A DNA stretch of 64,000 nt. Origin: Eledone cirrhosa (Eukaryota). How positions within the stretch are numbered: position 1 is the stretch's first letter; every line of letters starts with the position of its first letter. Under the pieces are notes generated by a model that was given only the letters and a program-made list of their open reading frames with translations, was not told the DNA's origin and ran no database searches. Made by a program: the position numbers and the translations under genes. Where the stretch lies: contig OZ024742.1 of NCBI GenBank assembly GCA_964016885.1, forward strand, positions 340,938,001 through 341,002,000, given 5' to 3'. This document shows positions 25,597 to 39,643 of the stretch, piece by piece.

Positions 25597-25910
25597 TTGT
25601 TTCTACTTTTGGCACAAGGCCAGCAAATACCAAATACATTACTGGTACTTTATTTTATCGACCCCGTAAGGATAAAAAGCAAAGTTAACCTCGGCAGGAC
25701 TTGAACTCAGATCATAAAGGGCCGTAACTCTATGCTGCAAAGCATGGCGTCCGGCTCTCTACCGATACTGCCAATCCACCACCATTGTCTTAAATAATTG
25801 TTTCTACTTTAGGCACATGGCCAGCAATTACCCAGTGCATTACTGGTACTTTATTTTATCGACCCCGTAAGGATGAAAGGCAAAGTAAACCTCGGCGGGA
25901 TTTGAACACG
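25597..25910 (-). mobile_element. Tandem pair of tRNA-derived SINE copies
   Basis: Two repeats of ttgtttctacttt.ggcac..ccagca..actggtactttattttatcgaccccgtaaggat..ttgaac. Confidence 0.7.
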
Positions 25911-26203
25911 ATAATGATAATATATAACAAAAGTATTATTGTTTCCGTACAAATAGTCATAACTTCCAAGTAACAATAGCAACAATAACGACAACAACCA
26001 CAACATGAACAAGAACAACCATAGCAACAGTAATAACAGAACAAAGAGAGGGAATGACCGAGATTGGGATGGTCTTAGCTATATATACATATCACATACA
26101 AAACTAAATCCTTAACACCGAAGCTGTAATAATCCTTTATTCTCATTCACACAATCGCACACACATACACACTAACAAATATATGCGCATGTCTCTCTCT
26201 CTC

Positions 26204-26264
<61 letters not shown>

Positions 26265-26602
26265 CTATATATATCTCTCTATATATATATATCTCTCTCT
26301 ATATATATCTCTCTCTATATATCTATATATATATCTATATATATCTATATATATATCTCTATATATATATCTTCTATCTATCTCTGGGATGGACACACGC
26401 GTATAACTTGCTGAGTAAGTTCTGTTTAAATTTCTATAGAAATTCTTGTCTGATAACTTTAATTTTTGTACCATTTTGTAGAGGGACTGCCAGGTCAAAC
26501 TTTGATCTGGTCAGTCTCTCAAAATATTCTACGCCTTTAGGCGAAATAGTTAAACAAAAAAAAAAAAAGTTTTTTCTTGTTGAAAAGTCAATATTTTTTT
26601 AA

Positions 26603-28396
26603 ATGGCCGAAGCTTCTTCACCAAAATTCGAAGGAGGAAAGGGGAAGATGAACTTACAGCTTCCCCCTGCCACTGTCACAGTAGCAGAGGTCAAGAAGAA
26701 AGGTCAGCCAGAGGAAGAATTCTCTCCACCTGTTAACCGACAACTTGACGTTGCCATGGCAACAACCCAAAGAACCAGCAGCAACAGCAACAACAACAAC
26801 AATGCGACGGACGAAAACAACACCAATAACAATAACAATAACAACAACAACAAGACCAATAACGGTGACAACAACAACAATGATAACAACAACACCACCA
26901 ACGACAACAACAACACAAACAAACAAAATTTCTCCTTCGCCGAGACGACAAGGAAAACCCTCGACTATCTGCCAGTAGATATAACAAAAGCGAAGGAGCT
27001 ACTGGCGGATGCGAAAAAATATATAGTGTACGGGGAAAATGGTTCATTCACAATCCATTCCCCCCCGGAACTAAAAAGCCAGAGACTCCTAAACACGGTC
27101 ATGTTTAGGACAATCTCGAACAAAAGTAAAAAACCAGCTCAACCATCACAGAGCGAGATAGAGCTGGTTTTAAAAGACGTCATGAAGGACATCACCTTCA
27201 TTCAGAAGGATAGACTCTACGGGAGTCTATCCATTCTCATGAAGGACAGGGACACAGCAGTGAAACTGTCCATCAAACCAATCACATCCACCGCATACAC
27301 CTTCTACCCTACGTACATGGATAGAAGAACACAAAAAATAAAAATCCACACCATCCTGCCGATTATGGACATATGGTGGGTTTTGACAGGTTTTCTGGAC
27401 CTGGAGGATGACATGCTGGTGTCCATGGGAAAGGCATCGGGTGACGCGTTCAGTGGAACGAGCCTCGAACTTGTAGTTCAAATGAGGCCCGAAAGGATCG
27501 CCCAGATCCCTGAACGCGTCATACTGGATGATCTAACCTTCATCAACATTACCGTTGAGGGTAGACGGCCCTCGTGTTACCTCTGCGGAACCAGAGGTCA
27601 CCTGAGGGCTGTCTGTCCCCAACTTAATAAGAAAACCCCAATCCTGCCTACACCACCAACAACTGCACAACCAACACAATCACCACAACTACCACTCCAA
27701 AAACAACCACCACAGCTCAAACCAAAACAAAACAATGTCCAACCCATCCCCTCCACTCAAAAAACAAAAACAATTTCCAAAACACCCGTACCGCAAACAC
27801 AACCCGAAAATATACCCCTCCCCTCCAACGCGGAAGATGACCCTAGTTCGTCGTCAGACGAGGAGGAGCACTTCCACACAATCAAAAGAAAAAATAGAAA
27901 ACACACCTCAGACACACAAATGAAAAAAACCCCTCCCCAAAACATAACACTGACACCAACACAAAAGAGCTCACAACAACAGCAAACAAAAAACACCACA
28001 CAAAAACAAAAACATGCATACACATACATAAATACAAGAAACAAAAAACTGTTAAACATTGTGTACAACAACAATCTAATAAAAACACAAGGGCCTAACT
28101 TCACCCAGGCAGGGGATTTCCCCCACCTCAAAATGATTAAGGCCCCACAGGACACCTATAAAACTTTAAAAAACAATTTTAAAGAGGACGTGGGTCCCCC
28201 CTGCGTCGGGCCCATTAACCGCGTCCTCCTAAAAAACTATCCCACCCCCTCCCCAAACACCCACACAACTCCAAGCTCCCCAACCATACAACACACTGAT
28301 GCCCCCACACTTCCACAAACCACCACCCCACCCAACAACCCATCCCCCACCCTAATGGAAATTGTGCAGCCCGATACCCGGGACGCAGAGAGGTAA
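26603..28396 (+). CDS. LINE ORF1 with CCHC zinc knuckle, poly-Asn and Pro/Thr-rich regions
   Basis: Open 597 aa; FSFAE.T motif; CYLCGTRGHLRAVC. Confidence 0.85.
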   Translation: MAEASSPKFEGGKGKMNLQLPPATVTVAEVKKKGQPEEEFSPPVNRQLDVAMATTQRTSSNSNNNNNATDENNTNNNNNNNNNKTNNGDNNNNDNNNTTNDNNNTNKQNFSFAETTRKTLDYLPVDITKAKELLADAKKYIVYGENGSFTIHSPPELKSQRLLNTVMFRTISNKSKKPAQPSQSEIELVLKDVMKDITFIQKDRLYGSLSILMKDRDTAVKLSIKPITSTAYTFYPTYMDRRTQKIKIHTILPIMDIWWVLTGFLDLEDDMLVSMGKASGDAFSGTSLELVVQMRPERIAQIPERVILDDLTFINITVEGRRPSCYLCGTRGHLRAVCPQLNKKTPILPTPPTTAQPTQSPQLPLQKQPPQLKPKQNNVQPIPSTQKTKTISKTPVPQTQPENIPLPSNAEDDPSSSSDEEEHFHTIKRKNRKHTSDTQMKKTPPQNITLTPTQKSSQQQQTKNTTQKQKHAYTYINTRNKKLLNIVYNNNLIKTQGPNFTQAGDFPHLKMIKAPQDTYKTLKNNFKEDVGPPCVGPINRVLLKNYPTPSPNTHTTPSSPTIQHTDAPTLPQTTTPPNNPSPTLMEIVQPDTRDAER

Positions 28397-28420
28397 GTGC
28401 CTTTTCTCTTCACCACCAAC

Positions 28421-31400
28421 ATGGCTATGCTAAGAGTAGGCTGTTTAAATGCGCGTGGCCTGGGCTCAACTTGGAAGCAAGCAATGCTTCTAAATGACCT
28501 CAGGTCACAACGTATAGATGTGATGGTTATTTGCGAGGCCCGGATCAGCAACGTGCGACAGCTGGCCCCCACCTTTGATGACTTTGAGATGCACGCATCT
28601 CTCTGTCAGCCCGGAGGTGGGGGTGGAGTTGTCGTTCTGCTGCAAAAACATCTGGGTCTCGCAACACAGATGGTACATTTGGACCCGGAGGGTCGACTAG
28701 TGGTTCTGGACCTTGGCAGTGGTAAAGGCGGAGCGTTTAGGTTGGTAGCCGCCTACGGCCCTTTCGGGTCAATGCGGCCGGACTTCTTCCATCGTCTGGA
28801 GACTTTTCTAGGGACGTCCCGCTCCTTGCTATTAGTGGGGGACTGGAATGGTATCCTAGATGCACGCTGGGACTACGTAGGGGCCTGCCCCGATAGAGAG
28901 GGGTGTAATAGCGTCAAAGGGTTAATCGGTCGATTTGACCTGGCCGATAGATATCGACTAGATTTTCCGACTTCGCCAACCTGGACTTGGGCAAATCGTA
29001 GCGGATCATCTAGGTCGTACCTAGATAGGTTCTTAGTTAGAATTAAGGATAAGGACTTTTTAAGTTGTCCAAAAATGCGCATGGTTGGCTATTCAGACCA
29101 CAAATTAGTGACCTGCATGGTCAACCTTGACAGAACTCATAGACAGGGCCCCGGTTACTGGAAGCTCAACTTGTCCTTGCCGGCAAGTAGAGCCTACAGG
29201 AATCGGATTAGTACGTTAGTTAAGGAACGGTTGACTGGAGCGATCGTCAACAGCAGGTGGTGGGTATCTCTAAAGAGAGAGATTAGAGTAGTCTTGATAG
29301 AATTTAGTAAGGTTCTAGCTGCGGATAGGAATAGGAAGGAAAGGGAGCTAATAGATAGAGTAGAAGAGGCAATTAGAAGCGGCGACGTGGCCAGAGTGCT
29401 AGCGTCGAGAACGGCTTTGAGCCAGTTCTTCGACGCGAAGCACGAAGGCTGCGTTGTCCGAAGTAAAATACGTGCTCTAGGGAACGAGGGGACCAAAGCT
29501 GTTAGCTGGGCCCGCGTGACAGAGGCCAACAGTGGAACTAAATCCACCATCCGGTCTTTGCGAGACCTGGATGGACGGGCGATTCTTGAGCCTAAGCAGA
29601 TGTGTGAGGCCTTTCAAAGGCACTTTGCCCGACTGTTCGGGAGGGGCGGGGAGCCGGTTGGGAACGTGGACTTCGGTCCATACCTCGACGGCCTGCCGCG
29701 CCTCTCGGACAGGGAGGCGAAGCCCTGCGAGGAGCCGATTTCGGCCGCTGAGATAGAGGACGTGCTGAGCCAATGCGGCAAACGCAAATCCCCGGGTCTC
29801 GATGGTCTTCCTTACGAATTATATCTAGCTATGCCGGACTTGTTCCCCGATCTCCTCGAGGCGGTCTACTGCAACTGGCAACAGAACGGGAGAATTCCCT
29901 GTACTGTGACCAAGGGCGTAGTCACGCTAGTGAGGAAGGACGAGAACAAGGGGGACGAAATAAGTAACTTCAGGCCCATAACACTGCTAAATACAGAGTT
30001 ACAGATTTTGGCCAAGGTGCTAGCAAAGAGGTTGGCGCTTGTCGTGGGCAACCTGGTGGGAGATGCGCAGACATGCGCTATCCCGTCCAGGTCCATCCAT
30101 GACAACCTCCACCTCATGCGATACATCATAGAGAGGGTTGGGAACGAACCCGGCTTTGGTGGGGCTCTGATCAACTTGGATCAATCTAAGGCGTTCGATA
30201 GGGTCGACCATGGTTACCTGGATGCGGTGCTAGCGGCGGCAGGCTTCGGACCCGTTTTCAGGGGCTGGATCACTGCTATGCACAGCAGCCGCATCTGCTC
30301 TAGGGTCAAGGTGAACGGCTACCTCTCGGAGCCGTTCAAAATCGCGCGGTCCATCCGACAAGGGTGCCCTCTCTCCTCCCTTCTGTATGTGTTGACTCTC
30401 GAGCCACTACTGCGGAAGTTGGAGTTGTTGCAGGGCATCCCTTTGGAACCGGGATTGCGGAAAGCGGTGTCGGCCTACGCCGATGACGTGACAGTAATGG
30501 TGTCGACGGCCTCCGAAATCGAGGCGGTCGGCACCTTACTGGAGGAGTACGAAAAGTTCACAGGGGCTAAGCTGAACCGGGACGAGTCGATCGGTTTGCA
30601 ACTCGGCACGTGGAGGGGCAGACCGATGCCCTCCGATGGCGTCTTCGGACGCTGGACGGAGGGCCCGGTGAAGTTGCTCGGGGTCTGGTTCGGACCGGAC
30701 CTCCAGGTGGAGAAAAACTGGGCGGAGGTTACGAACAGGGTGTTTGCACTGACCCAGAAGTGGGCCAGTTGCAAACTATCCCTGAAAGGTCGGGCGGAGG
30801 TGGCGAACACCTACATAGCGTCCGTCATCTACTACCGCCTGGCCGTAGTACCCTGTCCAAGGGAAACCCTCACCAAGATGGAGCGCGCGCTCTTCCAATT
30901 CCTTTGGAAGAGGCGGGCTCCTATGGTGAGGAGATCCATCTGCTGTCAACACCCTTCGAAAGGAGGGCTGGGGATGCCGTGGCTAATGATGCGTAAACAC
31001 GCATTAAGGCTACGGCACCTCTACGTATTCCTCACCGGACAACCGGTGTGGGCCTCGTTTGTGAGACGAACCTTTCCCAGACTCGTCTCACTCACCGAGC
31101 TGCAATCCTGGGTCAAGCAAAGACCGAGAAAACTGGGCGCCTGGCACACTGAGTGTGCCCAGGCGCTCACCGCCCTCTGGCAGGCGGATCCGGTTATCAG
31201 TGGAGACTCCACCGCAACATTCTATAGAGGGCTGGTACGCAGCAGGTGCGACGACGCCCTCGGAGAAGCCCTAGACATGGAGGAGGACGAACTGGCCAGC
31301 CTGTTCGGTAGGACATTCAGCCCGGGACCTATGGACAACTTCCAGAAGTCCCTGGCCTGGCAGTGCTACCGAGGGGCTTTACCCGTTCGAGAAAGGCTCT

Positions 31401-31858
31401 ACAGACACGGGCGCCCGGGTAGGGACCCCGCCAAAAAGATCTGTCCCAGATGCGTGTGCGACGAGGAAACCGTTGCACACGCATTGGTACACTGCTCGGG
31501 CGCAGCCGATCTGTGGGGCTATGTCGAACAACTGCTGTCAAGGGTGGGACCGATCCGGTTGACCACCGAGTCTATTGTAATGATCAAGCCGCCTCCCCCC
31601 TTCAAAGATGAAGCAGAGGCGGTGTTTCTGTGCGTAATAGCCATGGCGAAAGAGGTTGTATGGTGGACGCGTCTGAAAGGACTGAGGTCAGGCACCTTTC
31701 TCTCTGGCCAACAACTGGTCCGTTTCTTCCGATATCATTTCGGAAGAAGGATCAAGATGGAGAGAGAGGTGCTGCACCCCAGCCGTTTCTATGAAAGATG
31801 GGTGAAAGTGGCGAGAATGGCCCGTGTGAATGGGCCTTCACTCTACATCAGACTATAG
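28421..31858 (+). CDS. LINE ORF2: APE endonuclease + RT + C-terminal zinc finger
   Basis: [66 protein letters not shown]. Confidence 0.95.
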   Translation: MAMLRVGCLNARGLGSTWKQAMLLNDLRSQRIDVMVICEARISNVRQLAPTFDDFEMHASLCQPGGGGGVVVLLQKHLGLATQMVHLDPEGRLVVLDLGSGKGGAFRLVAAYGPFGSMRPDFFHRLETFLGTSRSLLLVGDWNGILDARWDYVGACPDREGCNSVKGLIGRFDLADRYRLDFPTSPTWTWANRSGSSRSYLDRFLVRIKDKDFLSCPKMRMVGYSDHKLVTCMVNLDRTHRQGPGYWKLNLSLPASRAYRNRISTLVKERLTGAIVNSRWWVSLKREIRVVLIEFSKVLAADRNRKERELIDRVEEAIRSGDVARVLASRTALSQFFDAKHEGCVVRSKIRALGNEGTKAVSWARVTEANSGTKSTIRSLRDLDGRAILEPKQMCEAFQRHFARLFGRGGEPVGNVDFGPYLDGLPRLSDREAKPCEEPISAAEIEDVLSQCGKRKSPGLDGLPYELYLAMPDLFPDLLEAVYCNWQQNGRIPCTVTKGVVTLVRKDENKGDEISNFRPITLLNTELQILAKVLAKRLALVVGNLVGDAQTCAIPSRSIHDNLHLMRYIIERVGNEPGFGGALINLDQSKAFDRVDHGYLDAVLAAAGFGPVFRGWITAMHSSRICSRVKVNGYLSEPFKIARSIRQGCPLSSLLYVLTLEPLLRKLELLQGIPLEPGLRKAVSAYADDVTVMVSTASEIEAVGTLLEEYEKFTGAKLNRDESIGLQLGTWRGRPMPSDGVFGRWTEGPVKLLGVWFGPDLQVEKNWAEVTNRVFALTQKWASCKLSLKGRAEVANTYIASVIYYRLAVVPCPRETLTKMERALFQFLWKRRAPMVRRSICCQHPSKGGLGMPWLMMRKHALRLRHLYVFLTGQPVWASFVRRTFPRLVSLTELQSWVKQRPRKLGAWHTECAQALTALWQADPVISGDSTATFYRGLVRSRCDDALGEALDMEEDELASLFGRTFSPGPMDNFQKSLAWQCYRGALPVRERLYRHGRPGRDPAKKICPRCVCDEETVAHALVHCSGAADLWGYVEQLLSRVGPIRLTTESIVMIKPPPPFKDEAEAVFLCVIAMAKEVVWWTRLKGLRSGTFLSGQQLVRFFRYHFGRRIKMEREVLHPSRFYERWVKVARMARVNGPSLYIRL

Positions 31859-32121
31859 GTGAGGAAGATGAAAGACCAAGGGAGCACCCCTTCTCTGTGC
31901 TCCTGAGGAGAAGGGTTGCACACTTTTTCCGGGGGTGTGTGCGACCCCCCAAGGCGCCTCCTCTCTATTGAGGATTTTGTTAAAAATTTTATTTTTTGTT
32001 ATATCTTATTTTATTTTTATATTTTGTTATTGCCTCCTCCTTATTGAGGACGCCTTTTTGTGTAAACTCCCCCCTTTGTACTTGTCCCACTTTTGATGCC
32101 CTAGTGGCAAATAAAAGAAAC

Positions 32122-33436
<1,315 letters not shown>

Positions 33437-34188
33437 TTTACTCTTTTACTCTTTTACCTGTTTCAGCCATCCGGCTGAGGCCATGCTGGGGCACCGCCCT
33501 TGTTGCTACACATTTTATCTCCAGCCTGTATAGGTTGGCCACTGCTGTAGGAGGGAGTTTGTTGCTGCTGCCCTTAGGTTTCCCTCGTGTCTTGCTGTGG
33601 GCTCATCCGGGATCCTGGATAACAAGGTGTCGAGATGTTTCTTAAAGACATCCACCTCCACGTCATGCAAGTCTCGCAGATGCCTCGGCAGCCTGTTGAA
33701 GAGTTGAGGGCCCTTGAATCCCAGGCTATTGCAATACCTGCTCCTTATTCTAGATGTGGAAGACGGGACTTTTGGCACCACACAGTGACGTCCTGTTCGA
33801 CGGTTGGTCCAGCTCCCAATGCCAAAGTTTGGTGCTAGTCCCTCCAGGATTTTCCACATGTAGATCACTGCGTATCTCTCCCGTCTTCGCTCCAAGGAGT
33901 AGAGGTTCAGTTCCTTCAGCCTCTCCCAGTAGCTTGTCTCCCTCATCTTGGCAATCCTCTTGGTGTAGCTTCGCTGGATTGCCTCAAGCTCTGTGGTTAG
34001 TTTGACACTATGGGGTGACCACAGCTGGGAGCAGTAGTCCAGGCGGCTTAGGACAAAAGTCCTCCACAGTGTCAACATGGTGTCTCGATCTCTTGTAAGG
34101 AAAGTCCTCAAGATCCAGCCAGCGAATCGTCTACATGCTGTCGCCACCTTCATGATGTGTGAAGAAAAAGATGCATCATCGCTCATGT
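33437..34188 (-). mobile_element. 5'-truncated CR1-type LINE (RT C-terminus, ORF 33515-34186) with short-repeat 3' tail
   Basis: SRLDYCSQLWSP, LEAIQR..T, Y.ERLKEL.LYSLERRRERY, FKGPQLFNRLP; tail (aaaagagt)n. Confidence 0.85.
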
Positions 34189-34207
34189 CTATATATATAT
34201 CTATATA

Positions 34208-34278
<71 letters not shown>

Positions 34279-34283
34279 ATATA

Positions 34284-34326
<43 letters not shown>

Positions 34327-34528
34327 ATATATATATATATATATCTATATATATATATATATATATATATATCTATATATATATATATATTAGAAAGTGA
34401 GGTTTTTTTTACAAAATGAAAAATAACCGAGGTGTCCTACACGAGTGGAAGTATAAAGAAAAAGGGATGAAATCGAAAATGCAACTGAAGTCTTATTTTT
34501 TTTTTTAAATATATATATTTATTTGGTT

Positions 34529-34566
34529 CCTTTACCGGTTTCGCAGTTCTTCTGCTTTTCAAAAGG
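34529..34566 (-). ncRNA. Variant minimal hammerhead (U3-A8 core); mirror 37419-37456 (+)
   Basis: cctt TTGAAAA gcag-aagaa-ctgc GAAA ccgg TA aagg; palindromic ACCGGT stem III. Confidence 0.65.
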
Positions 34567-35368
34567 TGAGTTGAGATGGAGGGTCTGTTGTTTTTCTCAC
34601 ATCTGGTTGGTCTCTAAATGTTACTTGTTTTATATGGAAAAACTGGCTCGAAAACCAGGTTTTTCGAGAAGTAATTTGATTGGTTTGTCAATAATTATAA
34701 TAAATTTCGCGCCAGTTCGCGTTACAATAGTTCTTCAAATAAGAGAGGGGGGGGGGGGTTGTCACAGGTTGTTTTTTCATATATGAGTGTTTGAATTTCT
34801 TTTTACTTGAAAAAATGAGGCTCACGAAGGCTTTTTTTGGGTTGGTTATAAATGAAATTTGGCTGTCACGTGAACAAGTTTTCATTACATTTTTGCGCCC
34901 TTATTTGGAAAACTATTCTGTAGTCTATAGTGAATGTTATGACAATGGAGAGATAGTGGTCAAGGGAAAAGGGATTGGGAGAAATGTTCTGGTTCAGTGA
35001 ATATGGCCAGCTGTCAGAGTTCAGGTGTCAGAGTTCAGATTTTCTATTGAGACTGAAGATATGTGTTTATTTGTGTGCTTGTGTGTGTGTATATGTGTGT
35101 GTGTGTGTATGTGTGTATTGGAAGATGATTCTATTAGTAGAGATGGGGGAGGGAGTTGTGTGTGTGTGTATATGGGTGTTATGTGTGTGTGTGCGAGTAT
35201 GTTACATAGAGAGAATATATATTTTTTGTGTGTGTGTATATATATATGTGTGTAGGAAAGTGGTTCTATTAGTAGAAATGGGGAGGGTGTTGTAGGTGTG
35301 GGGGTTTTTATGTGTGTGTATGGGTGTTATGTGTGTGGGAGTATGGTTAGCATGTTAAGATGAAGAGA

Positions 35369-35399
<31 letters not shown>

Positions 35400-35603
35400 G
35401 TGTGTGTATGTGTGTGTGTAGGAAAATGATTCCTTTAGTAGGAATATTTTTGAATGAACATATTTTCCTGACTTTTTCGTGTTTGCTGTTGTATTGCCAG
35501 TGCAAACGTATGTTTAAGGTTTATTTAGTTCGGGTTTTTATTTTCTAAAGTAGGTGTTATGTGTGTGTGTGTATGTCATATTGTGGTGTTGACATAATGT
35601 ATA

Positions 35604-37272
35604 TTAAACCTTATTTAATGTTGGTCTATATTTTTGAATAAACATATTTTCCTTATTTATTCGCATTTGTTCTGTTGTATTGTTAGCGCAAAGGTAAAAT
35701 GGGAAGACTTGGAATTTGGGTGTCTTATTACTTGCGCAAATGTCTAGATGTGCACTTAGTGGTATTTGTCTTGTGGTTGGATCTCGTAATTGTTGGCGAT
35801 GAACTGTCATTCTGTTTCTGAGTGTGAGTTTAGTTTGTCCTATATAATCTTCATTGTATCCTTTACATTTAATGGCATAAATTAGATTTTTTGATGAGCA
35901 AGTGAAGTGATTTTTTACAGTAAAATTTTGTCCTGATTTAAATGTATACGTGTTGCCTTCAATGAGGTGAGTGCAGGTTCCACAATTAGAGCGACCACAT
36001 TTTTTGATACTTGGTTGTGGGTTTGTGGTAGGTAATTTGGCATTGGTGAGTAATGTTTTCAGTGATTTTGGTTGTCTTTTGCTTTTGATTATTTTGTGTG
36101 TTTCAAGGGCTTTTTTCATTCTTGGGTTTTGTTTTAGTAGCGGGATGTTATTGTGAATAGTGTTGTAAGCTTCCGCATTTCTTGGGTTGTGTGTTGAGAT
36201 ATATGATAGAATATTGGACGTACCTTGAATTTGTTTCTGTTTCCGTAATTCATCAATGCCTATTGCTTTAGCCCTTTCTATTCCATTATTTATTAGTAAT
36301 AGTGGGTACTCTCTCTCAAGTAGAATTTCCTTTAATTCTTGAAGTCTTTTATTTCGCGTTTCATAATTGGAGACAATTGTGCAAATTCTTCTTGCTAGGT
36401 TAAAAGGAATGTTCGTCTTCGTGTGCTTTGGATGGTTGGAGGTGAATAGCAGATATTGTTTGGAATCTGTTGGTTTGTAGTGTATGTCAGTTTCGATATT
36501 TGTGTCTTTTTTTGTGATTAAGATGTCCAGAAATGGGAGTTGATCTTGGCTGTATTCCATTGTGAATTGGATGTGGTTATTGATGCCGTTTATTAAGTTT
36601 TTGAAATCCTTCAGTTGGTCGAGTGTGTGGGACCAAAGAATGAGGCAATCATCCAAGTAGCGTTTCCAATTCTCTAATAAATATTTGTGGAAGTTCAATC
36701 CGTATTTTGATTTGGACTGTTCATATATCTGGACTTCTAAGTATGCCATGACTAAGTTGGTATAAGTTGGAGCGGCTTTTGTGCCCATCGCAGTCCCCGA
36801 TATTTGCTTGTAAGTATTGCCATCGAAATCAAAAAAGTTGTTCTGTAGGATGAATTTTAATCCCTCGGTGATGAAGCTTTTTTCTATTCTGTCAGGTATC
36901 TCATTGGGATATTTCTCTAGCCAGAATCCTATTGCTTCTAGTCCGTATTGGTGTGGGATCGTTGTGTAGAGATTCACTACATCGAAAGACACAATAATAG
37001 TGTCGTTGTTGACATGTTTGGGGAGGTGGTTTAAGAGGTCCAGATCGTCTCTTACAAGGCTTGGTATGTGTTTCAGTATTGGTTTCAGTAGTATGTCTAT
37101 AAAGTTGCTCAATCTGTGTGTTTCACATTGTGTGCCCGCTACAATTGGTCTTAATTTAAGGTCTGTGGGGGTATTGTGTGTTCACGCAGGCTGAGGTGGA
37201 TTGTTTACAGGCATCGTTGATTATTTTACATTTGTGGATCTTCGGAAGTCCGTAAAGGTTGCTGGTTTTGTA
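35604..37272 (-). pseudogene. PLE RT + GIY-YIG, 5'-truncated (frameshift near 37180)
   Basis: YGLPKIHK / LRPIV, FDVVNLYT, GTAMGT, RYLDD, PFLD, CGRSNCGTC, NLIYAIKC..YIGQT..R...H. Confidence 0.9.
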
Positions 37273-37525
37273 TCGCGAAATTTATTATAATTATTGACAA
37301 ACCAATCAAATTACTTCTCGAAAAACCTGGTTTTCGAGCCAGTTTTTCCATATAAAACAAGTAACATTTAGAGACCAACCAGATGTGAGAAAAACCACAG
37401 ACCCTCCATCTCAACTCACCTTATGAAAAGCAGAAGAACTGCGAAACCGGTAAAGGAACCAAATAAATATATATATTTTTAAAAAAAATAAGACTACAGT
37501 TGCATTTTCGATTTCATCCCTTTTT

Positions 37526-37581
<56 letters not shown>

Positions 37582-37698
37582 ATATATATATATCTATATC
37601 TATATCTATATATATATATCTATATATATATATATCTATATATATATATATATATCTATATATATATATATATATATATCTATATATATATATATATA

Positions 37699-37759
<61 letters not shown>

Positions 37760-37768
37760 TATCTATAT

Positions 37769-37799
<31 letters not shown>

Positions 37800-37823
37800 T
37801 ATCTATATCTATATATATATATA

Positions 37824-37914
<91 letters not shown>

Positions 37915-38215
37915 ATATCTATATATATATATATCTCTATATATATATATCTATATATATATCTATATATATATATCTATATATATATCTATATATATAT
38001 ATATCTATATATATATATGTATATATATATCTATATATATATATCTATATATATATATGTATATATATATCTATATATCTATATATCTATATATATCTCT
38101 ATATATATATATCTATATCTATATATATATATATCTATATATATATATCTATATATCTATATATATATATATATCTATATATCTATATATATATATCTAT
38201 CTATATATATATATA

Positions 38216-38311
<96 letters not shown>

Positions 38312-38352
38312 TAGATATATATATATAGATATATATATATATATATATATAC

Positions 38353-38935
38353 ATGTAAGGTTATATTTAAAATTGTTGGGTTACAACTAGTAAATATTTA
38401 TAACTGATATAAAAGCACTCGACAAATATTTGGAGTATATTTACAATATTAAATAAATGGAAAACTATATTTATAAAACCATATTTATTTCATTATATAT
38501 ATTTCGGGGATATCATATTAACAATATGCTATGCCTTCATCAGACAAAATACAATATAAACAGTTTTATAGATAAATATATTCGACATACCGTAATAAAC
38601 ATCAACTTCATTTGAAGAGGTTTACGCTAGCAGTGAAAATACAGAGAGAAAGAAAGAGAGAAAGAAAAGAGGAAAAAAAAAAAAAAAGAAAGAAAGAGAG
38701 ACAAAACGAAGAAAAGGAAGAAAAAAAAGGAAGAAAAAGAAGAAAAAGAAAAAGAAAAAAGAAGAAATGCATGGAACAAAATAGAGAGATGGAAAAATAG
38801 ATAACGCGAAGAGCTTCATGTAAAGAGACAGAAAGAGATAAATATATATATAGAGAGAGGAAATAGAGATAGATACATATATATAGAAAATTAGGTAGTG
38901 GGAGGTCATTTTGAGTAAGTGTATCAATGATACAT

Positions 38936-38966
<31 letters not shown>

Positions 38967-39612
38967 GCTCAAGTATTAATGTAAGGGAGATATATAGAGA
39001 GATATAGAGAGATATATAGAGAGAAAAATTTAAAAATAGCCAGACATATTCGAGGCGTAGAAAACCCTATGTTTTAATGTATTAGTATTTATAAAACTTA
39101 CACTATATTGTAAATATCGGTATTCCTGAATGAAACAAGTATTCATAATGTGTGAAAATTCATTATCTTATGTTTAGTTTAAAAAAAAATTCATATGTTT
39201 ATGTGACAGCTACAAACATCAATGTGAATCCAACTGATTCACTCCGCAAACTCTAAGTTATCGGAAGACATTCTCAATGTGGTATAGAAATTTGAGCGTA
39301 TTATTATTCTTGCGATTACTCTACAAGATTATCTATCAAGCAGAAATAAACAAAGATAACAATAATAATAATAATAAGTAAAAATATATAAAAAAATATA
39401 GAATAGAAAACTAAAAAATATTACGAAAGAATATTATATAATAAAAATATTGCATATTAAAAATACTACGTATTAAAAAATATTACGTATTAAAAATTTA
39501 CATATAAAAATATTAAAAATAATTTACATATAAAAATATTAAAAATAAAATAAAATAAAATAAAAAATAAAAATATTATAGAATACTACAATACTAAAAG
39601 AATAAAAATAAA

Positions 39613-39643
<31 letters not shown>

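Larger units (their letters stand above)
26385..32121 (+). mobile_element. Full-length L1/Tx1-type non-LTR retrotransposon in (TA/TC)n; 5' boundary approximate
   Basis: ORF1+ORF2, 3' UTR ending ggcaaataaaagaaac|(TA)n. Confidence 0.92.
34390..37528 (-). mobile_element. Neptune-like PLE with inverted pseudo-LTRs (~34456-34712 / 37274-37528) and tail (34390-34455)
   Basis: RT+EN ORF, inverted terminal arms, (TA)n flanks. Confidence 0.9.

Noticed and set aside
38640-38800. Lys/Arg-rich ORF
   Set aside because: Purine-rich low-complexity 3' UTR of a PLE.
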